In this document: in pieces, positions 16,280 through 26,094 of the stretch | Layout: every line of letters begins with the position of its first letter | Position numbering within the stretch: the first letter of the stretch is position 1 | Virus record (IMG/VR): IMGVR_UViG_2541047937_000003 | Location: 1 to 33,630 of that record | Length of the DNA: 33,630 bases | Strand: one strand, 5' to 3' | DNA from: a virus | Lineage: Duplodnaviria; Heunggongvirae; Uroviricota; Caudoviricetes | Notes under the pieces: generated by a model | Told to the model about the DNA's origin: nothing | Seen by the model: only the letters and a program-made list of their open reading frames with translations | Databases searched by the model: none | Translations under genes and position numbers: made by a program

Positions 16280-16723
16280 ATGAACTCAGTATTCTTTTCA
16301 CCCGGAAGTAAAAGTTTTTATCTACAAGAATTGTTTCCAGAATATGAGGATGCGGGAACGCTTCCAGATGATGTTATTGAAATTACCCGAGAAACATATG
16401 AGCAATTTCTTGGGCTGCATCCAGAAGGGAAAGAAATTGGCGCTGACAGTTCAGGACGGCCAGTATGGATTAATTCCCCACCCCCTTCAAAAGAGGATGA
16501 GGTGTTGACGGCTGAAATGAAAAAAATATCTTTGGTTTCAGAAGTCAATACCTACATCAATACCCATCAGTGGCCTGGCAAAGCTGCTATTGGTCGTCTG
16601 AAAGGTGACGAGCTGGAACAATATAATTTATGGCTGGATTATCTGGACGCACTGGAACTGGTTGATACCTCCAGTGCTCCAGATATTGAATGGCCTACGC
16701 CTCCGGCAGTTCAGGCCAGATGA
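16280..16723 (+). CDS. tail-fibre assembly protein (Tfa), variant 1, 147 aa
   Basis: Immediately downstream of Stf variant 1; C-terminal ...SAPDIEWPTPPAVQAR shares the SAPD-x-WP motif with the opposite-strand Tfa. Confidence 0.7.
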   Translation: MNSVFFSPGSKSFYLQELFPEYEDAGTLPDDVIEITRETYEQFLGLHPEGKEIGADSSGRPVWINSPPPSKEDEVLTAEMKKISLVSEVNTYINTHQWPGKAAIGRLKGDELEQYNLWLDYLDALELVDTSSAPDIEWPTPPAVQAR

Positions 16724-17297
16724 CATCCGGCGCGGTGCTGGTATCTGTTGCCGTCACCGTGTCAATGTAATCCAGCACAGCGTTAAGGCGGGTGATTTCT
16801 GCCTGCGTCAGCTTCCGCCCGGCCTGCAATTTCAGCTGAATCAGACTGATGGAAGCCATAGCAGCATCAATCAGCGACTGGCGCTGTGTTTCTGCCACGT
16901 CTACTGCGGCGCTATGCTGTGCCTCAGTATCGGTCACCCATTTCTCACCATCCCATTTATCGAATGGCGTTAACGGGGCGATAGTAGTTGTATTTTCAGG
17001 GTAATCACCCGGAGCTGTGATTTCTTTTGATTCTCCTGTTTCAGTGCTATATACCGTTTCACCGCGATGATCTGGCACATATTCCCATGAGTTAAAATCT
17101 GCAGAACGGCAAATTGCATAACCAGCTTTATATGAGCCAGGAGCATCTAAACAGGAACATGCCGGAATACCGACGCCAACCGCAAGATATTCAGTTGATG
17201 TGGAAATATATTCCCGCGTTTCACCATCATAATTATAAATGGTAATGTCTCCCGCTTTTATGGCAATGAGTTCGTTATTTAATACGGCTTTATTCAT
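16695..17297 (-). CDS. tail-fibre assembly protein (Tfa), variant 2, 200 aa
   Basis: C-terminal ...STAPDVIWPELPEA; 3' end overlaps the other tfa by 29 nt; start overlaps the stop of Stf variant 2. Resembles e14 TfaE from memory. Confidence 0.7.
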   Translation of the reverse strand: MNKAVLNNELIAIKAGDITIYNYDGETREYISTSTEYLAVGVGIPACSCLDAPGSYKAGYAICRSADFNSWEYVPDHRGETVYSTETGESKEITAPGDYPENTTTIAPLTPFDKWDGEKWVTDTEAQHSAAVDVAETQRQSLIDAAMASISLIQLKLQAGRKLTQAEITRLNAVLDYIDTVTATDTSTAPDVIWPELPEA

Positions 17298-17974
17298 CAG
17301 GCAGCCCTCACGATATAATTAAAGGCAATGTTACGAGGACGGTTTTCGTTTGCAGTTGGAACAATTCTTGAAGCATCAAGGCCAATCACTTTTGGGTAAA
17401 CACCGCCCTCGGACCTTTCTGTCACCATACTTCTGACTAAGGAGAAATAACTATTGTTCGTTGAGGGGTTCAAAGGCACTACTGCCCCCTTAAACGAGCC
17501 TACTGATTCCCATATTGAATAATTTTCGGTGTTTACAGTCTTGAACTCACCATAGATATTACGTATGGCATCGCCCTGAGCTGATAATATTGCCCTCCCC
17601 GTATCCATACCACGTCCGTCATCCCAGCCACGAATAAACTCACCACGTAAATCAGGCAATTTATTTGTCGGGTAAGCCTTTGCCAGTTCCGGGTATTCTT
17701 CAACAGAAAAAGCTGCTCCGTTGCATTTCAGCCAGCCTGTTGGCGGAGTGGCTGAGGGCCACGGAACAGGTACGCCAACAGGCAATGCTGAGCCTTCTCC
17801 TAAACCAAGGTTTTCGAGAGCCGTTTTCACCGTGCCATCCGATTTGATATCACCAAACGGATTCTTGCGGCTTAACAGCAGAGCACGAAGCGCGGTAAGC
17901 AACTGGTCGTTTCGCCCCTTCTCCAGGCTGGCACCGGATGCCTCCACCACGCTGCAGAGTTCTTCCTGCAACAT
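17297..17974 (-). CDS. tail-fibre protein C-terminal fragment, variant 2 (Stf-like), 225 aa
   Basis: Shares the first 60 aa with variant 1, then a different region ([29 protein letters not shown]...). Confidence 0.7.
   Translation of the reverse strand: MLQEELCSVVEASGASLEKGRNDQLLTALRALLLSRKNPFGDIKSDGTVKTALENLGLGEGSALPVGVPVPWPSATPPTGWLKCNGAAFSVEEYPELAKAYPTNKLPDLRGEFIRGWDDGRGMDTGRAILSAQGDAIRNIYGEFKTVNTENYSIWESVGSFKGAVVPLNPSTNNSYFSLVRSMVTERSEGGVYPKVIGLDASRIVPTANENRPRNIAFNYIVRAA
17795..17820. promoter_or_regulatory. 26-bp invertase crossover site (right copy, inverted orientation)
   Basis: TTCTCCTAAACC-AA-GGTTTTCGAGAG is the reverse complement of the left site with one substitution (17801 T versus the complement of G 15830). 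Confidence 0.65.
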
Positions 17975-18543
17975 ATCAAAGTAGTCATCATCCAGATCGG
18001 TGGCAGGTGTGCCAGTCTGGGGGTTACCACGGGTAAAACCGTTCTTACCCGCGCCGAACTTATCCTTCTGCGCGGTTTAGTGGCTTTCTTCTGCCCCGCC
18101 AGGCCAATCAGACGCTGGCGGCTGCTGGGGTCGAGTCCGAGCATTGCCCCCGTACTGCTCATCTCGGACTCCTGTTCTTTTTTGGCGGTCAGCTCCGGAT
18201 TTTTGACCATACCGCCCATTGCACCGGTGATGGTGTTGCCCTGTCTGGCAATATTTTTCACGGCACGTCGCCAGAACTCGTAGGCCACGCACCACCGCTC
18301 AAGCACCGCGAGGTCAGTCACGCACAGCAGGCCCTGACCGCAGAGTTCTTTAGTTGTCAGTTGCCACATGATCGTAGCGAGAGGGAGATCTTCTTCAGCG
18401 AACCACTCCGGTGGCTCAACACCTTTGATGGGCGTAAAAACAGGTTCATCTTTATTCAGGGCTCGCTTGCCGGGGTTTCCGGCCAGCGCCTTGCGCGCCG
18501 TTGGCTTGGGGCGACGCCCGGAACGCCCCGCCGTTCCAGCCAT
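17872..18543 (-). CDS. terminase small subunit, P27 family (mirror copy of 15088..15759)
   Basis: Identical translation on opposite strand. Confidence 0.65.
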   Translation of the reverse strand: MAGTAGRSGRRPKPTARKALAGNPGKRALNKDEPVFTPIKGVEPPEWFAEEDLPLATIMWQLTTKELCGQGLLCVTDLAVLERWCVAYEFWRRAVKNIARQGNTITGAMGGMVKNPELTAKKEQESEMSSTGAMLGLDPSSRQRLIGLAGQKKATKPRRRISSARVRTVLPVVTPRLAHLPPIWMMTTLICCRKNSAAWWRHPVPAWRRGETTSCLPRFVLCC

Positions 18544-18582
18544 ATGCGGCACTCCTGGTTAAATTTCATTTTTCGCGGGTAT

Positions 18583-18642
18583 AAAAAAACGATGGGGCGG
18601 GCAGTCCGGAAGACGTCAGGCCACAGGGATTTGACCCGCCCC
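18583..18642 (-). other. GC-rich inverted repeat, candidate cos site or terminator (mirror copy of 14989..15048)
   Basis: Mirror copy. Confidence 0.3.
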
Positions 18643-18668
18643 TCCCCTCAGGCAGTTGAGAATTATTA

Positions 18669-19019
18669 TCACTTTAGCCGTTCACGGGCCGTCTTCGTCT
18701 TATGGCACGGCCAGCACAGGCTCTGCAGATTACTGTCTGCATCGGTGCCGCCATGCGCTTTAGGGATGATGTGGTCAACGGTTTTAGCTTCACGCACCAC
18801 ACCGGCACGCAGACATAACTGACATAAACCTTTGTCACGCTTCAGGACGCGCGCGCGGATACTGTCCCACTTCGAACCGTAGCCGCGCTGATGACGGGAC
18901 TGGCCTGGCTTGTATTGCTTCCAGCCTTCGCTTTTATGGCTTTCACAATAGCCTGACGGGTCAGTAGTGGTATGGTGGCAGCCGCGAACACGGCAGGCTC
19001 TAGGTATCAGTGCTGGCAT
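18669..19019 (-). CDS. HNH endonuclease (mirror copy of 14612..14962)
   Basis: Identical translation on opposite strand. Confidence 0.8.
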   Translation of the reverse strand: MPALIPRACRVRGCHHTTTDPSGYCESHKSEGWKQYKPGQSRHQRGYGSKWDSIRARVLKRDKGLCQLCLRAGVVREAKTVDHIIPKAHGGTDADSNLQSLCWPCHKTKTARERLK

Positions 19020-19146
19020 AAAATACTCTCTTTAATCTGATAGACATATTTGACAAAAGAGATTCATTTTTCTCTTTCACTCTTTCCTTTATGAGAAAAA
19101 TCTGATAACAAGGTTCTAATAAAAGTAACTAAACACAGGTTATAAC

Positions 19147-19521
19147 ATGAGTGAAAAGAAAACCGTTGCTTATCGCATTGAGGGATGCGAAAACATCAAA
19201 ATAATTGGAAACAAATCATTTGGTGCTGATGTTGGTTATGAAATTATTGATTCAGCTAATACTTTTCTTTCCAACAATATTCATTACTCAGCAGAAACAG
19301 TTCGGCTTATAAAAGAAGCAGAAATCGCCATACAAAATAACTTAAGTGAAATTAACGATAAACTTGGTGCAGAGAAGCTACAAGAAATATACGACATTTT
19401 AAATGATATCAAGTTTAATCAGTCATCAACACCTCTACAACTGATGGAGCGATTTTACTCAGCTGGTGCAAACACATTAACTTTATGGCCTATTATTCAG
19501 AGTCTCCTAAATAGTCTTTAA
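19147..19521 (+). CDS. AT-rich moron protein, 124 aa (mirror copy of 14110..14484)
   Basis: Identical translation on opposite strand. Confidence 0.5.
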   Translation: MSEKKTVAYRIEGCENIKIIGNKSFGADVGYEIIDSANTFLSNNIHYSAETVRLIKEAEIAIQNNLSEINDKLGAEKLQEIYDILNDIKFNQSSTPLQLMERFYSAGANTLTLWPIIQSLLNSL

Positions 19522-19599
19522 TATTACAAATCCACTTTGGTTTGAGCATAAATTATAAAGATGTCTAGTAATAGGCATCTTCAATTTAAATTAAAATCT

Positions 19600-19848
19600 T
19601 CATCTAGCATTGTTTATACTGCGGATAGCCTTTTTATCTCTATTGCACTGCCCTAATGCAGATAACAAACTTGCATTCAGGTCTAGGCTAGCACCATATG
19701 TCAGTGGACTAGGTATAATTGGAATCGGTGTTTCAGAAGTTAGGGTGGTTGACAGTGGTGCTACTGGGGTGCTCACGTAAACTGTCCGCGTACTTCCGCA
19801 ACCGGTCAGTAGCGGCAGCAGGCACAGGACGTGAAGCGCAATCATCAT
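19600..19848 (-). CDS. Rz1-like o-spanin (mirror copy of 13783..14031)
   Basis: Mirror copy. Confidence 0.45.
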   Translation of the reverse strand: MMIALHVLCLLPLLTGCGSTRTVYVSTPVAPLSTTLTSETPIPIIPSPLTYGASLDLNASLLSALGQCNRDKKAIRSINNAR

Positions 19849-20125
19849 TCGCAACAGCCACTTTGATATCTTCCTGGGTTCTCTGTGACTCCAGTGCGAT
19901 TTGTTGTTTTGCATGCTGGCTAGCCTCCAGTGCTGTATTTACGATTTGTATTGATTGCAGGACGTTATTGGTAATGGCAGTTGCCGATTCAGCATTTCGT
20001 ACAGCCTCATCAGCACGCTCCTTTTCGTGCTGATATTTGCTGTAGTAATGCCCGACAGACCAGATGAAGGAACCAATGACGGTAACAAAGAAGGCAACAA
20101 TAACCAGCTTATATCTCAGCTTCAT
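19733..20125 (-). CDS. Rz-like i-spanin (mirror copy of 13506..13898)
   Basis: Identical translation on opposite strand. Confidence 0.55.
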   Translation of the reverse strand: MKLRYKLVIVAFFVTVIGSFIWSVGHYYSKYQHEKERADEAVRNAESATAITNNVLQSIQIVNTALEASQHAKQQIALESQRTQEDIKVAVANDDCASRPVPAAATDRLRKYADSLREHPSSTTVNHPNF

Positions 20126-20585
20126 TTACTACCCCACCAGCCTCTTTAAATCGGGCAATCAGGTCGCCGATTTTATGTTCATACTGACCGTAACCTGCAC
20201 CTGGTAACGACGCCCAGATATTGCTGCAACGGTCGATTGCCTGACGAATATTGCCGCGGTCAATCATCGGTAAAGCGCCACGCTCTTTAATCTGCTGCAG
20301 AGCTACAGCGTCCTGGCTTTCTGGAGAAAAATCTTTCAGGCCAAGCTGTTTACGGTAAGCATCCCACCAGCGTGAAAGAAGCTGGTAACGTCCGGCGGCT
20401 GTTGACTTGAGTTTCGGGTTTAGCGTGACAAGTTTGCGAGGGTGATCGGAGTAATCAGTGAAGAGTTCACCACCGACAATAACGTCATAACCGTGGTTAC
20501 GTGTCGGTTGTCGTCCGTTATCCGTTCCTTCTGACCAAGCCACCATATCAAGGAAAGCTTTACGCTGGGAATTTAGTACCTGCAT
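20109..20585 (-). CDS. endolysin, lambda R-type (mirror copy of 13046..13522)
   Basis: Identical translation on opposite strand. Confidence 0.9.
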   Translation of the reverse strand: MQVLNSQRKAFLDMVAWSEGTDNGRQPTRNHGYDVIVGGELFTDYSDHPRKLVTLNPKLKSTAAGRYQLLSRWWDAYRKQLGLKDFSPESQDAVALQQIKERGALPMIDRGNIRQAIDRCSNIWASLPGAGYGQYEHKIGDLIARFKEAGGVVNEAEI

Positions 20586-20588
20586 AAA

Positions 20589-20915
20589 TTACTCCTTAGA
20601 GCCACCAAACTTATTACCGATTACACTCATTGCAGCCCCACGAATAGCATCGACACCGATCAACCCAACGCCACCACCAATGGCAACAGAAAGAGATTTA
20701 GGCCATCCGACATACTCAAGAGCGGATGCAAAAGTCAGCGTCAGAGCACCACAGAGCAAAATCTCGAGTGTTTTTCGTTTCCAGCCCCCACCACCGCCAA
20801 AATATGCAATGCGCAAGCCAGCCATAACAATCGACATAATCACTGCGCCCAGCGGTGTGTCTCCACGCCACCAGCTCTGGACCAAGTCCAGCCAGGTATT
20901 TGGGTTATGAGGCAT
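20589..20915 (-). CDS. holin (mirror copy of 12716..13042)
   Basis: Mirror copy. Confidence 0.65.
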   Translation of the reverse strand: MPHNPNTWLDLVQSWWRGDTPLGAVIMSIVMAGLRIAYFGGGGGWKRKTLEILLCGALTLTFASALEYVGWPKSLSVAIGGGVGLIGVDAIRGAAMSVIGNKFGGSKE

Positions 20916-20955
20916 TTCGTCATCTCTCACCTCGCGATATTTGCGGGTACTGTGA

Positions 20956-21000
20956 AATAAAAAAGCCGCCAATTATTTGGCGGCTTTCAATAAAAAAGAA
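20956..21000. terminator. bidirectional terminator (mirror copy of 12631..12675)
   Basis: Mirror copy. Confidence 0.75.
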
Positions 21001-21004
21001 AATG

Positions 21005-21790
21005 TTATCGGGGAAGGTGTTGCTTTGGTCCTTCCCAACTGAAGGAATTAAAAACTTTTTGGATTAAATTTTGCAACTTTGCCAAAGACTCTGTCGAAAT
21101 ATCTACTTCACCATAATAGCCATCAGCCATAGTGCACCCAAATTTAGTTCCGAATAAGTTATTCAACATCAATGCCCCCTGAGGTGCAACAACATGAATA
21201 TTATTTACAGGTTTGAGTTTTATTGGCTTTGGTTCTTTCTCTGCACCAAGCCCACGAACTCTGTCTTCCATGTGTTGAGCTGAATTCCTTACCTTTCTTA
21301 AATTCGGAAAGTCTTTAGAAAGCTGTTCATGCAATTTTTTAATGTTCTCTGGCGCGCCATTTTCTTTTGAAATTACCTTTAAAAATTTATCAATAGCATC
21401 CAAAGCGTAGAGAAATGATTTTGCATGTAAGAAGATCAATCTGTGTTGATGAGCCAACGGATATTCACCGTTATTCCATTTTTCTCTTTTTAGACGTAGC
21501 TCGACCTCTGAAAAAACCTGTTCTGAATATTCATAAGGTTGATAACCAAACTCTTTACGAACCAGCATTTCCAGTGCTTGTCGTTTCTGTACATCAGCTT
21601 GCCATGTCTGAGAAATATTATCGAATTTACTGTTATTCTTAGTTCTTTCCTGTTCGAATAAATTTAATGCTACATTAGCATCATAAAATGCAGTTTCTAA
21701 ATGGGATAATAAGTTATTAAACGTCCATTCTAACTCTCTGTTTTCAAACTTAAGATTACTGCCTGGCTTGATTAACTCAAAAACATACAT
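21005..21790 (-). CDS. AT-rich moron protein, 261 aa, R-x4-H motif (mirror copy of 11841..12626)
   Basis: Identical translation on opposite strand. Confidence 0.55.
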   Translation of the reverse strand: MYVFELIKPGSNLKFENRELEWTFNNLLSHLETAFYDANVALNLFEQERTKNNSKFDNISQTWQADVQKRQALEMLVRKEFGYQPYEYSEQVFSEVELRLKREKWNNGEYPLAHQHRLIFLHAKSFLYALDAIDKFLKVISKENGAPENIKKLHEQLSKDFPNLRKVRNSAQHMEDRVRGLGAEKEPKPIKLKPVNNIHVVAPQGALMLNNLFGTKFGCTMADGYYGEVDISTESLAKLQNLIQKVFNSFSWEGPKQHLPR

Positions 21791-21993
21791 TTTTTCGACC
21801 CCTAGTTGTATGGTCGAATAATTATATTACTAATTAATACCGTCATTCTGTTTTTACACAATAAAAAACCCGCTCAATGGCGAGTTCTTGAAGGTTATCA
21901 ACAGCAGATACATAAAGCCCATCGTTGAGAAAATCTTATCCATGTTTTTTTGAAAATTGCAAGCATGATGTCACCATTTTCGGCGAAGATCAC

Positions 21994-22746
21994 TTATCTT
22001 GTCACCTTTCTCAATTGTGCTTCAGCGTAAGATTCCTCCTGCCAGCACTTTGTAACCAGTTTATCAATGACATCTGCATATCCTTTGTACCACTGATAAT
22101 CCGTCAGGTCTGGTACCAGTTTCTGGACATGATGCCGCGCCAGTGTGGTTGGTAAACGACTAAACCGTTTTCCATTGCAACGCCCACAAATCTTATAAAC
22201 AGGCGTACCATGAAGCCGGGTTCTTTTTTCATCCAGGACAATACCTTTACCCTTACACCCTCTGCACGCTGTGCTGACTTCTCCCTTACCATGACAATGC
22301 TGACATAGTTCCTTCACCCACTCTTCCTTGATAACAGACTCCCCGCTTCTGGAGTGTTTCACCACTTCGCGCAATACATTATGAAATCCAGTACCAGCAC
22401 AATGCTCACAGCGAGCCTTACTTGCCGCAGACCTGGAATAATCAGCAAAGGCAAAATTCACAAGGTAAGGAATGATCTGTAGCCGGGTTTCTTCACTCAA
22501 TTTATTCAATGTCGGGTTATCCAGTGCCATCGCGTAATTGAGCAGACCTTCAATCGCAAACTGAGGATCCTGAACACCAACTTTTGCCAGGAATAAGGCA
22601 AACCCAAGCGGTGCTTTCGACTGCACCATCCCCTGCGCAGCCATCACATCCGTAATCGTTAAACCACCAGAGCCTGTCGCCGGTGCGTCATCGCTCAGTT
22701 TTGGAGATTTCGGGGAGTAATATTTCGGTAAGGCTTCAAGGTTCAT
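21994..22746 (-). CDS. Q-position Zn-finger protein (mirror copy of 10885..11637)
   Basis: Identical translation on opposite strand. Confidence 0.4.
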   Translation of the reverse strand: MNLEALPKYYSPKSPKLSDDAPATGSGGLTITDVMAAQGMVQSKAPLGFALFLAKVGVQDPQFAIEGLLNYAMALDNPTLNKLSEETRLQIIPYLVNFAFADYSRSAASKARCEHCAGTGFHNVLREVVKHSRSGESVIKEEWVKELCQHCHGKGEVSTACRGCKGKGIVLDEKRTRLHGTPVYKICGRCNGKRFSRLPTTLARHHVQKLVPDLTDYQWYKGYADVIDKLVTKCWQEESYAEAQLRKVTR

Positions 22747-22835
22747 GCTCGTTCTCCACTTACGCCAGTACGCCTATTGCCAGCGCACGATCGATAAAAC
22801 GAAATATCAGCTCCAGCTGGGAACCATACTTCTCT

Positions 22836-23096
22836 TCAAATGCCACGGTACACCAGTTCTTTGCAGACATACGTCCCCTGGTTATTTCCGCCACGAATAA
22901 CGTTAACTGGCTCTATATTGACCGAGTTGCAAATCTGCAACTCGCTTATTAAACGTTCAGTTTGCTCATTGCGGAGCCAGAATGCAGGCTTATGCTTATC
23001 CAGAGAACCGGCAGCCCTGTGCAGATCGTTCAGGCTGTAACGCCCATAAGTATCACGACGAACTTCAATACCATCAATGACCATCAGATTATTCAT
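22836..23096 (-). CDS. KilA-N domain protein (mirror copy of 10535..10795)
   Basis: Mirror copy. Confidence 0.5.
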   Translation of the reverse strand: MNNLMVIDGIEVRRDTYGRYSLNDLHRAAGSLDKHKPAFWLRNEQTERLISELQICNSVNIEPVNVIRGGNNQGTYVCKELVYRGI

Positions 23097-23115
23097 ACTT
23101 CGTTTCTCCTCTTGA

Positions 23116-23505
23116 TCAGGCGGCTGCACCCGCCGTTTTCTCGTACTTACTGATAGTGATCTCGACCTTCCCTTCCGGGATAACCGGTCCCCACTCCACC
23201 AGCATTCTTTTCACCTGACTGTCGTCTTCCCACACACCCGCGTGGGTCAGGGCGTCAAACAGCGCCTTGTTATAGTTGTCCAGATCGCGGATCCGGTTAT
23301 CCGGAGGAAACAACACGATCTCCACTGAAGCAGGTGCCGACGTTGGTTTCGGCAGACGACGTAACTGCTCAACTATTGCTGCGCACGCCGCGCTCTGGAA
23401 TTTTCGCCCCGCCGCGCTTATCAGACTCTTACCAGCAAACGCCCCTTTGTTGGGGTGTCGCCAGTACGTGTTCACGCTGGGCGGGAAAGGCAAGATCAGC
23501 TTCAT
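23116..23505 (-). CDS. rusA: RusA-family resolvase (mirror copy of 10126..10515)
   Basis: Identical translation on opposite strand. Confidence 0.75.
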   Translation of the reverse strand: MKLILPFPPSVNTYWRHPNKGAFAGKSLISAAGRKFQSAACAAIVEQLRRLPKPTSAPASVEIVLFPPDNRIRDLDNYNKALFDALTHAGVWEDDSQVKRMLVEWGPVIPEGKVEITISKYEKTAGAAA

Positions 23506-23904
23506 ACTTTCAGGCCTCTCTCATGTAACCAGTGGGCTGCACGCAGCCTGGCGTTTTCCTCACCGGCAAGCAGTGCGCGGATAATCCCGACCGCCTCGCT
23601 GTCGTCGTCCTTCACCGCGGTATGAAGCGTTATCCCCCGGGCCACGCCACGCTTTATCGTGATGACGCCTTTTTTCTCCAGTGCACGAAGATGCTCTACC
23701 GCTGCATTCACTGAACGGCAGGCGTGGGAAATGTCTGCGTGTATCTCCTTCACAACGGTGAGCCACACGCCCACTCTGACGTAACTTGCTTGCTGACTGC
23801 AGAACGCGCTGCCGTGAGTAACCTGCAAAAGCATCCGCAATGTCTCCGGAAGTACACCCCGGATGGGCTTCAATGAATTTCTGAACTTCATTCAAAAGAC
23901 TCAT
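23502..23904 (-). pseudogene. frame-interrupted LexA-type wHTH gene (mirror copy of 9727..10129)
   Basis: Mirror copy. Confidence 0.35.
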
Positions 23905-23906
23905 GA

Positions 23907-24848
23907 TCACCCCCTGAATCCTGCCGGGATCTGGCTGTAGTCCACGTTGTCGTAACTGGATTTGAAGTACGGGTCTTCGCGTTTTTCGGTGTACGTGCTG
24001 ACGGACGGTGATAAGCGCAGGGAAAGCTCATCCCATTTTTCCCGCAGCTTCGACGGGCTGAGCACGTTACGGCACCAGAACGGATCGCGGCTGACGCGGC
24101 TGTACATCTCGCAGATTTGTTTGTGAGTACGACCATCCTGCACACACATTAGGCGAATTTCGTTTGCCCAGGCTGTCCAGTTCGGTTCTTTGGGACGAAC
24201 CACCTCGCCGTCACATTCGGCGGCTTGCTCGTACAGGGCGATGATTTTTTTCCAGAGCCACTGTTCGCAGGTCAAATCATCCTGCGTTCCCCACTGGCGC
24301 TTTTTAGGGCTGAATACAACCGCATCAGGATGGCGAGTTAAAAAATCCTGTTCATCCGTCTGCGTGTCCGGTTGCGAAGCGTCCGGACGAGAAGGTTTTT
24401 TATCTGACGGATCATGTTTTGATTTTACTGACGGATCCCCGCCAGATTCTGACGGGTGAAAACCCGCTTTTTTGCCAGATTTCGACGCATCAAATTTTGA
24501 CGGGTCAGATTTTGATGCGTCAGATTTTGACGGGTCAGAATCTGACAGTTGAGAAAATGCCGCTGCCTGAAGCTTCGCAACGTTAAGCTGATAAACATTC
24601 GACGCATTGCGGTTACCCTGGCGACGCGCCTTACGCGTTAACCAGCCTTCTGCTTCCAGCCGTGCGATAGCCGTCCTGACGGTACTCATCCCCGCGCCAA
24701 TCTGACGGGCAATGGTTTCAATTGATGGCCAGCACACACCTTCGTCATTACTGAAATCAGCCAGGCGGGCCATAATTGCCACGCTGGATAATTTCATGCC
24801 TGACGCTGCGCAACCATCCCATACATAGCCGGTTAATTTAGTGCTCAT
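23907..24848 (-). CDS. O-like replication initiator (mirror copy of 8783..9724)
   Basis: Identical translation on opposite strand. Confidence 0.6.
   Translation of the reverse strand: MSTKLTGYVWDGCAASGMKLSSVAIMARLADFSNDEGVCWPSIETIARQIGAGMSTVRTAIARLEAEGWLTRKARRQGNRNASNVYQLNVAKLQAAAFSQLSDSDPSKSDASKSDPSKFDASKSGKKAGFHPSESGGDPSVKSKHDPSDKKPSRPDASQPDTQTDEQDFLTRHPDAVVFSPKKRQWGTQDDLTCEQWLWKKIIALYEQAAECDGEVVRPKEPNWTAWANEIRLMCVQDGRTHKQICEMYSRVSRDPFWCRNVLSPSKLREKWDELSLRLSPSVSTYTEKREDPYFKSSYDNVDYSQIPAGFRG
24395..24548. repeat. iteron cluster (mirror copy of 9083..9236)
   Basis: Mirror copy. Confidence 0.6.
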
Positions 24849-25196
24849 GACCGACCTCTATTTCCCTGAATTTACGACGAAACTGTTCGAGCGGGCTGAA
24901 GCACTCATGCTCATAGCCTTCACGGAGGTAGATAACCCGTTGTGTTTCCGGCTCCCAACGAATGACTCTGACGGGTACTCCGTAGTGATCTTTGAACCAG
25001 CGGTTAACTTGTCGCAAAGGACTGTCTCCTTTTGCCGGTTAAAATCACCCACAGCCCACTCTGCAAAGCTGTGGGTTACAATTACCCTGCCACCTGGTAC
25101 ATTTACTGCATAGCAATACTCCACCTTCGCTTTTCCACCCGGTACAGGAAGCGCAATCAGTTGCGAGCGACGGTAGTGTGTTGTTAAACTGTTCAT
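24838..25196 (-). pseudogene. frame-changed hypothetical gene (mirror copy of 8435..8793)
   Basis: Mirror copy. Confidence 0.3.
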
Positions 25197-25744
25197 GCGT
25201 TAGTTTCTCCACAGTCACGACACGCCACGGCGCCCAGAGCTGCACACTCGCGGGCGTCATTACTTTCTGAAATGCAAAAAATTTTGTAGACCAGTGCTGC
25301 ATGCTCCTGCAGCTTCGAAATTGAGAGGTACAGCTCGTCGTTAATTGCTGTCTTCTCATGCGGTTCCACTACACCGTCTTCAATTGCTGAACGAATCTGT
25401 TTTGAATAACTGCCGATCTGTTCAATGACCTCCAGCAGGCGTTGGTTGATATCGGCGTTGTCCACATCCTCGACATCAGGAAGAGACACAAAGACGCCAT
25501 TTGCAGACTGCGCCACAGCGTCAGCAATGAAGTGAGTTCCACCAGCACGTTGCAAAATCATTGCCCATCCCAGCGGGAAAATCTGATCGCCATCGGCACG
25601 AAGGCGGTTAAATAATGCGTTCTCTGTTACATCCAGCCAGTCAGCAGCTTCAGCGTACCCCCCCGGCAACGCTGCGATAGTTTTTCTGACAGCTTTCACG
25701 TACCACTCAGGCTGTTTTTCTACTTTCCAGTGATGCTTACCCAC
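25193..25744 (-). CDS. hypothetical early-right protein, 183 aa (mirror copy of 7887..8438)
   Basis: Identical translation on opposite strand. Confidence 0.45.
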   Translation of the reverse strand: MGKHHWKVEKQPEWYVKAVRKTIAALPGGYAEAADWLDVTENALFNRLRADGDQIFPLGWAMILQRAGGTHFIADAVAQSANGVFVSLPDVEDVDNADINQRLLEVIEQIGSYSKQIRSAIEDGVVEPHEKTAINDELYLSISKLQEHAALVYKIFCISESNDARECAALGAVACRDCGETNA

Positions 25745-25997
25745 GGTTCACCTCCTGTTCCTGTGGTTTAAACCCATTCTGGTTTTGGCTAGATTGAAAA
25801 CGTGCCGGATAAAGAATCTGCATTTCGCTGACTTCACCCTTAAAAAAATTGGCTAAACGTTCTGCAAGCTCGATAGATGGAATCTGCTCCAGCCTCTCAA
25901 TACGACTCAACGTCGCTGGATTGACTTGAACACCCGCAGCAACATGCTGCAAAGTGAAACCATGCGCCTTACGCACATTTCGTAATGGTGATTGCAT
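25737..25997 (-). CDS. Cro-like HTH regulator (mirror copy of 7634..7894)
   Basis: Identical translation on opposite strand. Confidence 0.65.
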   Translation of the reverse strand: MQSPLRNVRKAHGFTLQHVAAGVQVNPATLSRIERLEQIPSIELAERLANFFKGEVSEMQILYPARFQSSQNQNGFKPQEQEVNRG

Positions 25998-26094
25998 ACG
26001 CCCTCCAAATATTGCGCGTTATGCATGTTATTTCACGCAATTATTTTGCGCAAGTTGATTTGCTTATCACGCAATAAAGAAATGTAATAAACGC
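25998..26094. promoter_or_regulatory. cI/cro promoter-operator region (mirror copy of 7537..7633)
   Basis: Mirror copy. Confidence 0.55.

Larger units (their letters stand above)
15837..17794. other. invertible tail-fibre segment (Mu G / e14 P type): two alternative fibre C-termini and two tail-fibre assembly genes, tail-to-tail
   Basis: Only non-palindromic part of the window; bounded by inverted 26-bp crossover sites; stf1-tfa1 on plus, tfa2-stf2 on minus. Confidence 0.75.
1445..17974. mobile_element. defective lambdoid prophage integrated at thrW (left copy plus central tail-fibre segment); lacks head and tail morphogenesis genes
   Basis: Contiguous int/xis, cI/cro immunity region, O-like rep with iterons, rusA, Q-like gene, lysis cassette, HNH, terS and tail-fibre genes immediately after a tRNA 3' end. 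No terL, portal, capsid or tail-shaft ORFs. Right boundary/attR not identifiable because the right arm is a mirror copy. Confidence 0.8.

Noticed and set aside
16006-16973. Alternate-frame ORFs 16006..16224, 16318..16548 and 16605..16973 in the invertible segment
   Set aside because: Overlap the better-supported stf/tfa genes; no RBS; unprotein-like translations.
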